A stretch of 64,000 nucleotides of DNA, taken from assembly GCA_045650525.1 (NCBI GenBank), contig JAZRRH010000013.1, positions 43,881 to 107,880 of the forward strand, given 5' to 3'. Position numbers and translations under genes: made by a program. The first letter of the stretch is position 1, and each line of letters starts with the position of its first letter. Of the stretch, positions 36,631 to 46,345 are shown piece by piece. This stretch comes from Candidatus Nanosyncoccus sp. GTDB taxonomy: Bacteria; Patescibacteriota; Saccharimonadia; Saccharimonadales; Saccharimonadaceae. A model generated the notes under the pieces. The model was not told the origin of the DNA and made no database searches. It saw nothing but the letters and a program-made list of their open reading frames with translations.

Positions 36631-38217
36631 ATGGGCAAAATTACGAAGTACCTAAATCAGCTTATTGTCGGTAATGTTTTTGATTCACCTGAAATCCTTG
36701 ATCTTTATTCGACCGATCGCTCGGCGCTCAGAATTAAGCCAAAATTCGTCGCTTTTCCGGAGTCTACGGAAGATATCAGAAAACTAATGCGTTTTTTTAA
36801 TCAAATTGCCGCCAAAGAAATCCCGGTAACGGTAACTGTGCGAGGCTCTGGATTAGATGAAACCGGGGCGGATCTTGGTACTGGCCTAATTATCTCTACC
36901 GAAAAAATGAACAAAATGCTCGAGATCGACCCGCGCGAAAGACTTGTGCGAGTGCAGTCTGGGATCACCCTGAAGGAACTCAATACTGCACTTTCGGTGT
37001 CGGGCCTCACTATACCAATTGGTGGGCATGACAACGAAACGATCGGTGGGCTAATTTCCAATTGCCCAACCGATGAATATAGCGCAAAATACGGCGGAAT
37101 CAATAATTATGTCAAGCGCATTGAAGTAGTGCTGGCAAATGGCGAGATACTCCAGACAATGCGATACCGCAAATACGCAGCCGCCAAGAAAACTACCGAA
37201 AGGTCTCTCGAGGGTGATATTTACCGCAAGATTGCAAAACTAATTGACAAAAATCCAAAGCTAATTGACAAGCTCAACAGATCCCGTACGGGACACGCCG
37301 GTTACCCAATGATTTACGATGTGATGAGACGAGAATCGATGGATCTTTTGCCGCTTTTCTTCTCCGCACAGGGGACTCTTGGTGTTATTTCTGAGGTAAT
37401 CCTTCGTGCAGTGCCGATCCCCAAGAAACCAACCAGGATTGTGGCTACCTTCAAAACTCTGGAGTACGCAGTGGACTACATGAATGCCGTACAGCCCCTA
37501 AAGCCGCGCGAACTTAAGATTTTTGACCTCAAAATCGTGCAAGAGGCGCGAGAATCCGGCAAAAATTTAGATGGAGTTATCAAAAAAATCGAGGACGGAT
37601 TCGTAGTTTATTTGACTTTCGATGAACGCCAGAATTATTATCTCAAAAAGATGTCGGTTATCATGGATAATTTTTCACGTAGTGGCAAGTTTGTCCTCGA
37701 GTCGCCAGAAAACCAATTGATTCTGAATGAATTCGAAAATTCGCTCAGTACTTACCTTAGCGGCGTTAGGAATGGCGAGCGAGTGCCAGTGCTCACTAAT
37801 TTTTATTTACCTGGCGAAAATCTAGAATTCTTTATCAAAGACCTCGACGTACTAAAAGAAAAACTTGGCATCGAAATGGCAATCTTTGGTTCGTACGACA
37901 CCTCTATTTACAGTCTAAGACCAAAGTTTAATCTCGAAGACGAGGATTACAATAAAAAAATGACCACTTTCCTCCGCGCCGGGGCATATATTATCAAGAG
38001 GCAAGGTGGTGACCTTACCGGTGGTGGGCCAGAAGGGCGACTTAAAGCCGTGGTAACTAACACCGAAATATCAGACTCCGAAAACAAACTTTACAGTGAA
38101 ATCAAAAAACTATTTGACCAAAACAATATTCTTGCTCCAGACATCAAGCTCGGGGCGGTGTCCAAATTCACACTGACACACCTTCGTAACACCAATTCGA
38201 CAAGAATTATGTTATAA
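36631..38217 (+). CDS. FAD-binding oxidoreductase (GlcD/D-lactate dehydrogenase-like)
   Basis: P..VAFPES, RGSG, VRVQSG, TIGGLIS, QGTLGVISE and LAPDIK. Confidence 0.8.
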   Translation: MGKITKYLNQLIVGNVFDSPEILDLYSTDRSALRIKPKFVAFPESTEDIRKLMRFFNQIAAKEIPVTVTVRGSGLDETGADLGTGLIISTEKMNKMLEIDPRERLVRVQSGITLKELNTALSVSGLTIPIGGHDNETIGGLISNCPTDEYSAKYGGINNYVKRIEVVLANGEILQTMRYRKYAAAKKTTERSLEGDIYRKIAKLIDKNPKLIDKLNRSRTGHAGYPMIYDVMRRESMDLLPLFFSAQGTLGVISEVILRAVPIPKKPTRIVATFKTLEYAVDYMNAVQPLKPRELKIFDLKIVQEARESGKNLDGVIKKIEDGFVVYLTFDERQNYYLKKMSVIMDNFSRSGKFVLESPENQLILNEFENSLSTYLSGVRNGERVPVLTNFYLPGENLEFFIKDLDVLKEKLGIEMAIFGSYDTSIYSLRPKFNLEDEDYNKKMTTFLRAGAYIIKRQGGDLTGGGPEGRLKAVVTNTEISDSENKLYSEIKKLFDQNNILAPDIKLGAVSKFTLTHLRNTNSTRIML

Positions 38218-38238
38218 TATATATAAATAGGAGTTTTT

Positions 38239-39516
38239 ATGAAAACAAAGTACAAAAAAGTATCTGATTCACGTGCCGAAATTACAGTCACTCTCGATGC
38301 GGAGGATCTAAAAAAGGCCGAGAAAAAGGCACTAGAAAAATTATCGAAAGAAATCAAAGTTGAGGGATTTAGAAAAGGTAAGGTACCTCTAGAAGTTGCC
38401 AAGAAATTTATCCCTGAAAACGATTTGAATGCCGAAACGATTGATTTTGCAGTTCGCTCTACTGTGGTCGAAGCCTTCCAAAAAGAAGAAAAATCGCCAC
38501 TAGTCCTACCCAACGTAAATGTAACTAAGTATGTCCCGGGTGAGCTCGCCGAATACACCGCTACGGCGGATATTATCCCCGAAGTCAAACTCGGCGATTA
38601 CAAGAAATTAGGCGTCAAAAAACCTGAGGTCAAAACCACCAAGAAAGACATCGATGGCGTGCTCGACAACATCGCTGGATCTTTTGCCGAGAAAAAGGCA
38701 GTCAAAAGAGCTGCTAAACTAACCGATGAAGTAATTATTGATTTTGTCGGCAAAAAAGGCGGCAAAGAGTTTAAGGGTGGTTCCGCCAAGGATTACAAGC
38801 TAGTCCTAGGCTCAGAGACCTTTATTCCGGGATTTGAGGATGGTATCGTAGGGCATGAGCCAGGCGATAAATTCGACCTCAAGTTGACATTTCCTAAGGA
38901 TTATGGCGTAAAAGATTTAGCCGGTGCAAAAACTGTTTTTGAAGTACTCTTGAAACAAGTCAACGAAGTTACCAAGCCAAAACTAGATGACGAACTCGCC
39001 AAGAAGTGTGGCCCATTCAAGTCGCTCGACGACCTCAAAAAGGACATCGAGAAAAATCTAAACGCTCAAAATGAACAGCGTGTGATGGAACAATACAAAG
39101 ACGAGCTAATCAAAGCATTGGTTGCCAAATCTAAGGTTCCTGCTCCAGAAATTCTGATCGACGATCAAGTACGTGCCGTCCGCGACGACATGACAAGAAA
39201 CGCCGAATCGCGTGGTATGAGCTTTGAAGATTTCCTTAAGGCCAACAATGAGACAATGGAAAAATGGGAGAAACAAGCCAAAATTATCGCGACAGATCGC
39301 GTCAAAGCTTCGCTTGCACTCCAGACTCTCGCGGTAGAAAGCAAGATTAGTGTTCCGGACGAAATCGTCAACGCAAAAATTGCCGAACTTCGCGATGTTT
39401 ACAAAAAATCCCCTGAGGCTCTAAAGAGCTTAAAAGATCCTAATGTCAAAAACGACATCAAGAATCGCCTCATCATCGAAGCAACTATTGATTTCCTAGT
39501 TAAGGTCAATAAATAA
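38239..39516 (+). CDS. tig: Trigger factor
   Basis: VEGFRKGKVP, IDFVG and FIPGFEDGIVG. Confidence 0.95.
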   Translation: MKTKYKKVSDSRAEITVTLDAEDLKKAEKKALEKLSKEIKVEGFRKGKVPLEVAKKFIPENDLNAETIDFAVRSTVVEAFQKEEKSPLVLPNVNVTKYVPGELAEYTATADIIPEVKLGDYKKLGVKKPEVKTTKKDIDGVLDNIAGSFAEKKAVKRAAKLTDEVIIDFVGKKGGKEFKGGSAKDYKLVLGSETFIPGFEDGIVGHEPGDKFDLKLTFPKDYGVKDLAGAKTVFEVLLKQVNEVTKPKLDDELAKKCGPFKSLDDLKKDIEKNLNAQNEQRVMEQYKDELIKALVAKSKVPAPEILIDDQVRAVRDDMTRNAESRGMSFEDFLKANNETMEKWEKQAKIIATDRVKASLALQTLAVESKISVPDEIVNAKIAELRDVYKKSPEALKSLKDPNVKNDIKNRLIIEATIDFLVKVNK

Positions 39517-39706
39517 TAGACTTTTTAAGATACTTGTGATATAATTCTAGTAAGAGTTTCAGTCGGTTTGTTATTGCTGTAAGCAAATCGACAAATAGTG
39601 ACCACTAGATATGGGGTTTAATGCGTTTGTTTTCGCTATAAAACACTATATATAGCGTAGTGAAAATCACTATATATTATATATTAATCTAAGAAGGAAA
39701 GATTTA

Positions 39707-40120
39707 ATGCCAACTATCAATCAGTTGATTCGTAAGCCTAGAAAAAAGGCTCCGAAAAAGTCAAAATCTCCTGCACTTGGTTCCATCGTTAATACTTTGA
39801 AAACCAAGCGTTACGAGAAAGCTGCGCCCCTGAAGCGTGGTGTATGTATCAAAGTAACTACCAAGACACCAAAGAAACCAAACTCAGCTATGCGTAAGGT
39901 TGCTCGTGTGCGTCTTACTAATGGTCAGGAAGTTTGGGCTTACATTGGTGGCGAGGGCCACAACCTACAGGAGCACGCTGTTGTTCTAGTACGTGGTGGT
40001 CGTGTACCAGATTTACCTGGTGTGCGTTATCATGTTGTCCGCGGTACGCTTGACCTTCAAGGTGTCCAGGGCCGCAAACAAGGTCGTTCCAAATATGGCG
40101 CGAAGAAGGAGGACAAGTAA
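39707..40120 (+). CDS. rpsL: 30S ribosomal protein S12
   Basis: MPTINQL, PKKPNSA, HNLQEH and DLPGVRY. Confidence 0.98.
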   Translation: MPTINQLIRKPRKKAPKKSKSPALGSIVNTLKTKRYEKAAPLKRGVCIKVTTKTPKKPNSAMRKVARVRLTNGQEVWAYIGGEGHNLQEHAVVLVRGGRVPDLPGVRYHVVRGTLDLQGVQGRKQGRSKYGAKKEDK

Positions 40121-40122
40121 TT

Positions 40123-40599
40123 ATGCCACGTAAGACTACAAAATCATTGCAAAGAAAAGTTAATCCTGATCGCAAATACCAATCTATTTTGGTCCAAAGA
40201 CTCATCAACAAGTCTATGCTTGATGGTAAAAAACAAGTTGCTGAGCGCGCAGTTTATGCCGCGATCGAGGGTGCCGCTAAGAAGCTAGAGTCAGAGAACC
40301 CAGTCGAAGTATTGGAGAAGGCTATCGCTAATGTTTCACCGGATTTCGAAGTTAAGTCTCGCCGCGTCGGTGGTGCTAACTACCAAATCCCATTCCCAAT
40401 TTCTGGCCATAGGCAACTTCACTTTGCCTTCTCTTGGCTAGTACAGTCAGCACGTGCACGTGGTGGCATGCCTTATGCTAAGAGGCTTGAAGCAGAGATT
40501 GTCGATGCCTACAACGAAACCGGTGCCGCTTTCAAGAAGAAAGAAGACTGTCACCGTATGGCAGAAGCCAACCGCGCATTCGCTCACTTTGCAAGATAA
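40123..40599 (+). CDS. rpsG: 30S ribosomal protein S7
   Basis: RRVGGANYQIP and HRMAEANRAFAHF. Confidence 0.98.
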   Translation: MPRKTTKSLQRKVNPDRKYQSILVQRLINKSMLDGKKQVAERAVYAAIEGAAKKLESENPVEVLEKAIANVSPDFEVKSRRVGGANYQIPFPISGHRQLHFAFSWLVQSARARGGMPYAKRLEAEIVDAYNETGAAFKKKEDCHRMAEANRAFAHFAR

Positions 40600-40624
40600 A
40601 ACATCCAAGCAAAACAAAGCATCT

Positions 40625-40651
40625 AAAACAGGTCTGGGGGACCTGTTTTTT
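40625..40651 (+). terminator. Intrinsic terminator after rpsG
   Basis: AAAACAGGTC-TGGGG-GACCTGTTTT plus T run. Confidence 0.8.
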
Positions 40652-40752
40652 GTTCTTATGCTATTGACCAAAAGTCTCATGCTTGCTATAATTATTTTTA
40701 GCAAAAAAGTAGTGTGGAGCTATCTTCTTTGCCTAAAAACAGGAGAAAATTA

Positions 40753-41076
40753 ATGGATAAAATAAAAAGCGGTGTTGTCGCTGCTATTGCTGTGATATCC
40801 CTTGCGTCAACATTTGTTTTACCAACTTTCGCAAATCAAGTTAGTTCAACTCAAGATAATACAAGTTATGCCGAGGAGTCTGCTAGTCCAGTTTCGGTAG
40901 GCGATGATACGGAGATCATAGGTGTTACCGCCTCGCCAAATACTGGCGCGGCTACTGACAAAGCCCCCACTAGCCGTATCAACAACACCGGCCTACTTAT
41001 AACAATTGCCGCTCTTAGTGTAATCCTTGGTATATATAGCTTAGTTAACATTTTAAAAAATAAGATAAAAAAATAA
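40753..41076 (+). CDS. Small secreted protein with SPNTG plus a C-terminal TM
   Basis: AGGAGA SD; signal peptide ending PTFA; SPNTG; TM; KNKIKK. Confidence 0.75.
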   Translation: MDKIKSGVVAAIAVISLASTFVLPTFANQVSSTQDNTSYAEESASPVSVGDDTEIIGVTASPNTGAATDKAPTSRINNTGLLITIAALSVILGIYSLVNILKNKIKK

Positions 41077-41164
41077 CCCATAATAAAATCTCCAGTTTTG
41101 GGAGATTTTATTTTTTATGCTTAAAAACGTGCTATAATAGACATAAGAATATTGAGGAGGTAAA

Positions 41165-42169
41165 ATGGTAAAAATCGCAATCAATGGCTTTGGCAGAATT
41201 GGCCGCAACGCACTTAAAATTTTACTCGAAAGGCGCGATGTACAAGTTGTAGCGATTAATGATATTACGGACGCAAAAACTTTGGCGCATCTATTAAAAC
41301 ATGATTCGTCATATGGTGCATACGAGAAAAAGGTTACTTCTACCGATAATTCTCTCATTATAAACACTCGCGAAATACCAGTTTTTGCCGAAAAAGATCC
41401 GGCGAATTTGCCATGGAAAAAACTAGGTGTTGATGTAGTAATTGAATGTACTGGCTTCTTTACAAAGCCAGAAGATGCTATGGCTCACGTCAAGGCTGGC
41501 GCAAAAAGAGTGGTTATTTCGGCACCGGCCAAGGGCGATGGAGCTAAGACCGTAGTGCTTGGCGTCAACGAGGATGTTGTTGACTCCAAGGACGTTATAT
41601 TATCCAACGCTTCGTGTACGACTAACTGTATTGCGCCTGTTATGAAGGTACTCGAGGATGAATTTGGCATCGAAAAAGCCATGATGACCACAGTGCATTC
41701 TTATACAGGCTCTCAGAGAATCTTGGATGCCCCAGCAAAAGATCTCCGCGAAGCTCGTTCCGCGGCAGAAAACATAGTACCAACATCGACTGGCGCGTCA
41801 AAAGCTGCCGCACTTGCAATCCCTACACTCAAAGGCAAATTCAACGGCCTTTCCGTGCGTGTCCCTACACCAGTAGTTTCTTTGTCTGATATTACAGCAA
41901 TCCTCAACCGCGACACCACTAAAGAAGAGCTCGTGGCACTTTTCAAAAAGGCTGCAAGGGAACCATATTATGAGGGGATCCTAGGTGTAACCGAAGAAGA
42001 GTTGGTTTCTTCTGATTTTATTGGCGATCCTCATTCTTGTATTGTCGATTTGCCGCTAGTCGATGTGGTTGGTGGTAATATGGTAAAAATCGTAGCTTGG
42101 TACGACAATGAGTGGGGTTATTCCAATAGACTCGTTGAACTATCGGTCGATTTCGGGAAGGAACTTTGA
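41165..42169 (+). CDS. gap: Glyceraldehyde-3-phosphate dehydrogenase
   Basis: INGFGRIGR, ASCTTNC and WYDNEWGYS. Confidence 0.98.
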   Translation: MVKIAINGFGRIGRNALKILLERRDVQVVAINDITDAKTLAHLLKHDSSYGAYEKKVTSTDNSLIINTREIPVFAEKDPANLPWKKLGVDVVIECTGFFTKPEDAMAHVKAGAKRVVISAPAKGDGAKTVVLGVNEDVVDSKDVILSNASCTTNCIAPVMKVLEDEFGIEKAMMTTVHSYTGSQRILDAPAKDLREARSAAENIVPTSTGASKAAALAIPTLKGKFNGLSVRVPTPVVSLSDITAILNRDTTKEELVALFKKAAREPYYEGILGVTEEELVSSDFIGDPHSCIVDLPLVDVVGGNMVKIVAWYDNEWGYSNRLVELSVDFGKEL

Positions 42170-42618
42170 TGAAAGTTTATATTGGTGCTGATTATCGCGG
42201 TCTAGAAAGGAAAAATGCACTAAGAGATTTTCTTATCGGTGATGGTTTTGAAGTATCTGATGAAGGGGCATACGAATACCACGAAGGTGATGATTTTAAT
42301 GACCCAGCGATCAAAGTCGCAAAAGCCGTAAGGGAAGATCGTGGATCGATGGGTGTTTTGATATGCGATTCGGCGCACGGTGTAACAATGCAGGCAAATC
42401 GTTTCAAAGGTATCCGGGCCGCTCACTGCGATAACACCGAATCCGCAACGCTAGCGAGAGAGCATGATGACGCGAATGTTATATGTTTGTCGGCGCATTT
42501 TATGGATGAGCAGACAATGCAGGAAATCACAAAAGTATTTTTGGAAACAAATTTTACCAATATGGAACGCCGCGTAAGGCGAATTAACCGTCTAGACGAA
42601 AGGGAGGACTATGATTAG
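42169..42618 (+). CDS. rpiB: Ribose-5-phosphate isomerase B
   Basis: IGADYRG, ICDSAHGV..QANRFKGIRAA, AREHDDANV and RRVRRI. Confidence 0.88.
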   Translation: MKVYIGADYRGLERKNALRDFLIGDGFEVSDEGAYEYHEGDDFNDPAIKVAKAVREDRGSMGVLICDSAHGVTMQANRFKGIRAAHCDNTESATLAREHDDANVICLSAHFMDEQTMQEITKVFLETNFTNMERRVRRINRLDEREDYD

Positions 42619-43267
42619 AACTGTTTCGATCGTACCATCGATTCTAACAGATGACAAACAAATCTATCGCGCACAGGCCGAGACTATTAATACTTTTACG
42701 CGTCGCGTGCAGATTGATGTGACTGATGGGATTTTTACTCCAGCTCAAACTTTGGATATCACTAATGTATGGTGGCCCAAAAACTGGGAGGCCGATCTCC
42801 ACTTAATGGCGGCGAGACCTTCCGATCATATGGATACCGTCTTAAAACTCGCTCCTTCACTTTGTATTTTACATGCAGAGGCAAGTGAAGATTTGCTGCC
42901 GAGTTTTCAGAGGCTAAAAGAAGCTGGTATTAAGACTGGGGTGGCGCTTTTGCCTTCCACTTATCCTGGCAACGTGACACAGTATATAGATGCAGCTGAC
43001 CATGTTTTGATTTTTGCCGGGCAGCTTGGCGTACAAGGGTCGCAGGCAGATTTGATGCAAATGGAAAAAATCGCCTTGGTTCGCAATATGAAACCCGAGC
43101 TCGAAATAGGATGGGATGGTGGTGCGAATATGTCCAATGTGCGCGCCATCGCACACGCCGACGTTGACGTAATAAATGTTGGTTCCGCAATTTCTGGATC
43201 GCCAAATCCAGCACAAGCTTTCGAAGAGCTCGTGGCGGAAATTGATAAGAATGGAGTGGTAATCTAA
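42611..43267 (+). CDS. rpe: Ribulose-phosphate 3-epimerase
   Basis: QIDVTDG, DLHLM, LHAE, WDGG and VGSAI. Confidence 0.85.
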   Translation: MIRTVSIVPSILTDDKQIYRAQAETINTFTRRVQIDVTDGIFTPAQTLDITNVWWPKNWEADLHLMAARPSDHMDTVLKLAPSLCILHAEASEDLLPSFQRLKEAGIKTGVALLPSTYPGNVTQYIDAADHVLIFAGQLGVQGSQADLMQMEKIALVRNMKPELEIGWDGGANMSNVRAIAHADVDVINVGSAISGSPNPAQAFEELVAEIDKNGVVI

Positions 43268-44235
43268 TGGCTAGAATTGTTTCTCTTGGTTCGGCGCTCC
43301 AGGATATTTATCTTATCGATCACGATGATTTAGTCCCGACCGATATTGGCGATTCTGCTATTTTTGGCAAAGTAATTGTTGGTTCCAAGGTCGACATTGA
43401 TCGCATTTCATACGAAGTAGGCGGAGGAGGAGTAAATTCTGCAATTTGCTTTTCTCGCCACGGACATGAAGCAATCTTGTTTAGCAACATCTCGCGCGAC
43501 CCGGCCGGAATGGCCATCATCAAAACTTTGGACAGAGAATGTGTTGACACTAGCTATTTGAAATTCTTGACCAGAAAGACCACCGGCAGTTCCGTAGTAT
43601 TGCTTGATTCAAAGAGTGGCGAAAGAACAATACTTACGTGTCGAGGAGCAAGTGAGCAGTTTGGGAATTTTGAAACTTCGGATCTTGACATGATAAGCCC
43701 GGACTGGATTTATGCCACAACCCTCAGAGGCGACATGGAGACCTTGGAAAAATTCTTCAAATACGCCAAGAAAAACGGCATCCACGTGATGTATAACCCT
43801 GGCGTCAAAGAACTAGAGAAAAAAGCAGAGTTAGCCAAACTTCTCAAATATGTTGACATACTGCTCGTCAATAAATCCGAAGCATCGATGATTGTGCCAG
43901 GAGTCACATTGGCCGAACTACTATATCACCTAAATAATTATGTACAGATAGCGATTATTACCGACGGATCGATGGGCGGGATCGCAGGGAACGGCGACAA
44001 AGTTTACCGTTTTGGAATTTACGAAGATGCGCCAATTAAGGATGCAACTGGCGCAGGCGATGCTTTTGGTTCTGGGTTTTTGGCACATCTGTCGTCTGGG
44101 CACTCTTTCCGAGATTCATTAATTTTTGCGTCTGCCAATTCGACTGCCGTAGTAGGGAAGCTCGGTGCCAATAAAGGTTTGCTATATGGACAAGAATCGT
44201 TGCACCCAATGCCAATTCAAGAAATAAAGTCATAA
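43267..44235 (+). CDS. PfkB family carbohydrate kinase
   Basis: GGGGVNSA, YNPG, NKSE and DATGAGDAFGSG. Confidence 0.92.
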   Translation: MARIVSLGSALQDIYLIDHDDLVPTDIGDSAIFGKVIVGSKVDIDRISYEVGGGGVNSAICFSRHGHEAILFSNISRDPAGMAIIKTLDRECVDTSYLKFLTRKTTGSSVVLLDSKSGERTILTCRGASEQFGNFETSDLDMISPDWIYATTLRGDMETLEKFFKYAKKNGIHVMYNPGVKELEKKAELAKLLKYVDILLVNKSEASMIVPGVTLAELLYHLNNYVQIAIITDGSMGGIAGNGDKVYRFGIYEDAPIKDATGAGDAFGSGFLAHLSSGHSFRDSLIFASANSTAVVGKLGANKGLLYGQESLHPMPIQEIKS

Positions 44236-44247
44236 AAAGGAGTAAAA

Positions 44248-44976
44248 ATGACATCACTCGAAGAAGAGTTACTAAAAAAATTATCTATTGCTGACTTGGA
44301 GCGAGCAAATGCTTATGCAAAAGATTTGGGTAGAGGACTCCAAATCATCCGTTCTTTCCCACAAGGTGTGACTATTTTTGGTTCGGCAAGGCTTTCGCAG
44401 GAATCTGAATATTGTAAAAAAGCCTACGAGCTAGGAAAGATGCTAGCTGAGAATGGGCATGCCGTCATCACCGGTGGTGGTCCAGGCATCATGGAGGCAG
44501 CATCACATGGTTCTTATGATTTTGGTGGGAGGACAATTGGTCTCAACATCACCTTGTCGCACGAACAATTCCCAAATCCCTATCTCACCGACTGCATTAC
44601 ATTTGAATATTTCTTTGCACGCAAAGTATCCCTCGCGATGGCGTCAAAGGTATTTGTATTCTTTCCGGGCGGATTTGGTACAATGGACGAATTATCGGAA
44701 CTTCTTTGTTTGATGCAGGAAAAGAAAATGCCAAAAATGCCAATGTTCCTGATTGGTCAAAACTATTGGAGAGGTTTTGACAAGATGATCGGCAAAATGA
44801 TTTCGCTTGGACTTATTACGGCCAAAGATACTGGTATTTTTACAATTACCAATAATATTAAGCTCGTGGTGGACGCAGCCAACAAGATTGGTCATCCAAA
44901 AGTCTCAGAAAACTTCTATGATGGCTTCCATGAGGCAAGTGCCCTCTCTGGGGATGGCTCAAATAAGAAGAAGTAA
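44248..44976 (+). CDS. LOG family protein (TIGR00730-like)
   Basis: TIFGSAR, TGGGPGIMEA, FFARK and PGGFGTMDE. Confidence 0.9.
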   Translation: MTSLEEELLKKLSIADLERANAYAKDLGRGLQIIRSFPQGVTIFGSARLSQESEYCKKAYELGKMLAENGHAVITGGGPGIMEAASHGSYDFGGRTIGLNITLSHEQFPNPYLTDCITFEYFFARKVSLAMASKVFVFFPGGFGTMDELSELLCLMQEKKMPKMPMFLIGQNYWRGFDKMIGKMISLGLITAKDTGIFTITNNIKLVVDAANKIGHPKVSENFYDGFHEASALSGDGSNKKK

Positions 44977-44991
44977 CAACAAGTAAAACAA

Positions 44992-46272
44992 TTAAAATGG
45001 GTTTTTGAGACCTAGACGCGAATTCGTATCGGCGATACGAATAAGCTCGTTGTATTTTGCAATGCGCTCGCTACGAGAGAGCGAACCAGTTTTGATTTGA
45101 CCGGCTCCGAGACCAACTGCAAGATGCGCAATAGAGACATCTTCTGTTTCGCCAGAACGATGAGATATAATAGTGCGATACCCTGCACGCTTCGCCATCA
45201 TCACTGCATCGATAGTTTCGGTAAGAGTACCGATTTGGTTGGGCTTTATCAGAATTGCGTTTGCAACACCCGAGTTGATGCCTTTTTCTAACAATTTTGT
45301 GTTGGTTACAAATAAATCGTCGCCAACTAGTTGGACGCGATTGCCGAGGCGCTCGGTCATAATTTTCCAATTTGCCCAATCGTTTTCGGAGAGGCCATCC
45401 TCGATTGAAGCTAGCGGGTAATTGTCCGCAATCCAAGTGTACCAATTAATGAGATCATCGGCAGATTTCCAATCGCCGTTGGTTTTTAGTACGTAGTGAT
45501 CGTTATCGAAGAACTCTGATGCGGCAATATCCATAGCAATTGCAATATCGTCACCGAATTTAAGCCCTGTGCGCTCTACTGCGAGTTTGATGCATTCGAG
45601 AGGTTCATTGTCACCCTCGCGAACACGCGGAGCATAACCACCTTCGTCACCAACTGTAGTTGGATAATCGCGTTCTTTTAGAACGTCTTTTAGTGCGTGA
45701 AAAACTTCCGCACCATAGCGAACTGCCTCAGCAATATTACCAGCGCCCTTTGGAATAATCATGTATTCCTGGAAATCTGTGGCCCACGAAGCATGTTCGC
45801 CGCCATTCATTACGTTCATCATCGGCATAGGTATAGACATATCATTAGTGGTACCAGCAAGTTCTGCAACATAAAGATAAAACGGCATACGCATAGCTCT
45901 GGCGTTAGCCTTGGCATTTGCGAGCGATACTGCCAGGATTGCGTTAGCACCTAGGTTGGTTTTGTTTTCGGTGCCATCTAGATCGCGCATAAATTGGTCC
46001 ACAACAATTGGGTCAGAAGTGTTGTCAACAAGAATGTCGCGAATTTTGGAATTAATATTCCAAACCGCTTTCAGGACGCCCTTGCCGTTGTATTTGGTTT
46101 TGTCGCCATCCCTCAGTTCGAGAGCTTCGCCAGAGCCGGTGGAAGCACCAGAGGGAACAATGGCGCGGCCAAAACCACCACCTTTGAGATAAACCTCGGC
46201 CTCTACCGTAGGATTACCTCGAGAATCTAATACTTGTCTTGCTTTGATATTTGCAATTTCGAATCTATCCAT
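44992..46272 (-). CDS. eno: Enolase
   Basis: DSRGNPTVE, VPSGASTG, GDEGG, VGDDLFVTN, SHRSGET and KYNEL. Confidence 0.98.
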   Translation of the reverse strand: MDRFEIANIKARQVLDSRGNPTVEAEVYLKGGGFGRAIVPSGASTGSGEALELRDGDKTKYNGKGVLKAVWNINSKIRDILVDNTSDPIVVDQFMRDLDGTENKTNLGANAILAVSLANAKANARAMRMPFYLYVAELAGTTNDMSIPMPMMNVMNGGEHASWATDFQEYMIIPKGAGNIAEAVRYGAEVFHALKDVLKERDYPTTVGDEGGYAPRVREGDNEPLECIKLAVERTGLKFGDDIAIAMDIAASEFFDNDHYVLKTNGDWKSADDLINWYTWIADNYPLASIEDGLSENDWANWKIMTERLGNRVQLVGDDLFVTNTKLLEKGINSGVANAILIKPNQIGTLTETIDAVMMAKRAGYRTIISHRSGETEDVSIAHLAVGLGAGQIKTGSLSRSERIAKYNELIRIADTNSRLGLKNPF

Positions 46273-46345
46273 ATCACTATTATATAATAAAAACATAAAA
46301 CTTATGTTAAAATAATGGTAGAAATTAAATCAAGGAGTTATTTTT

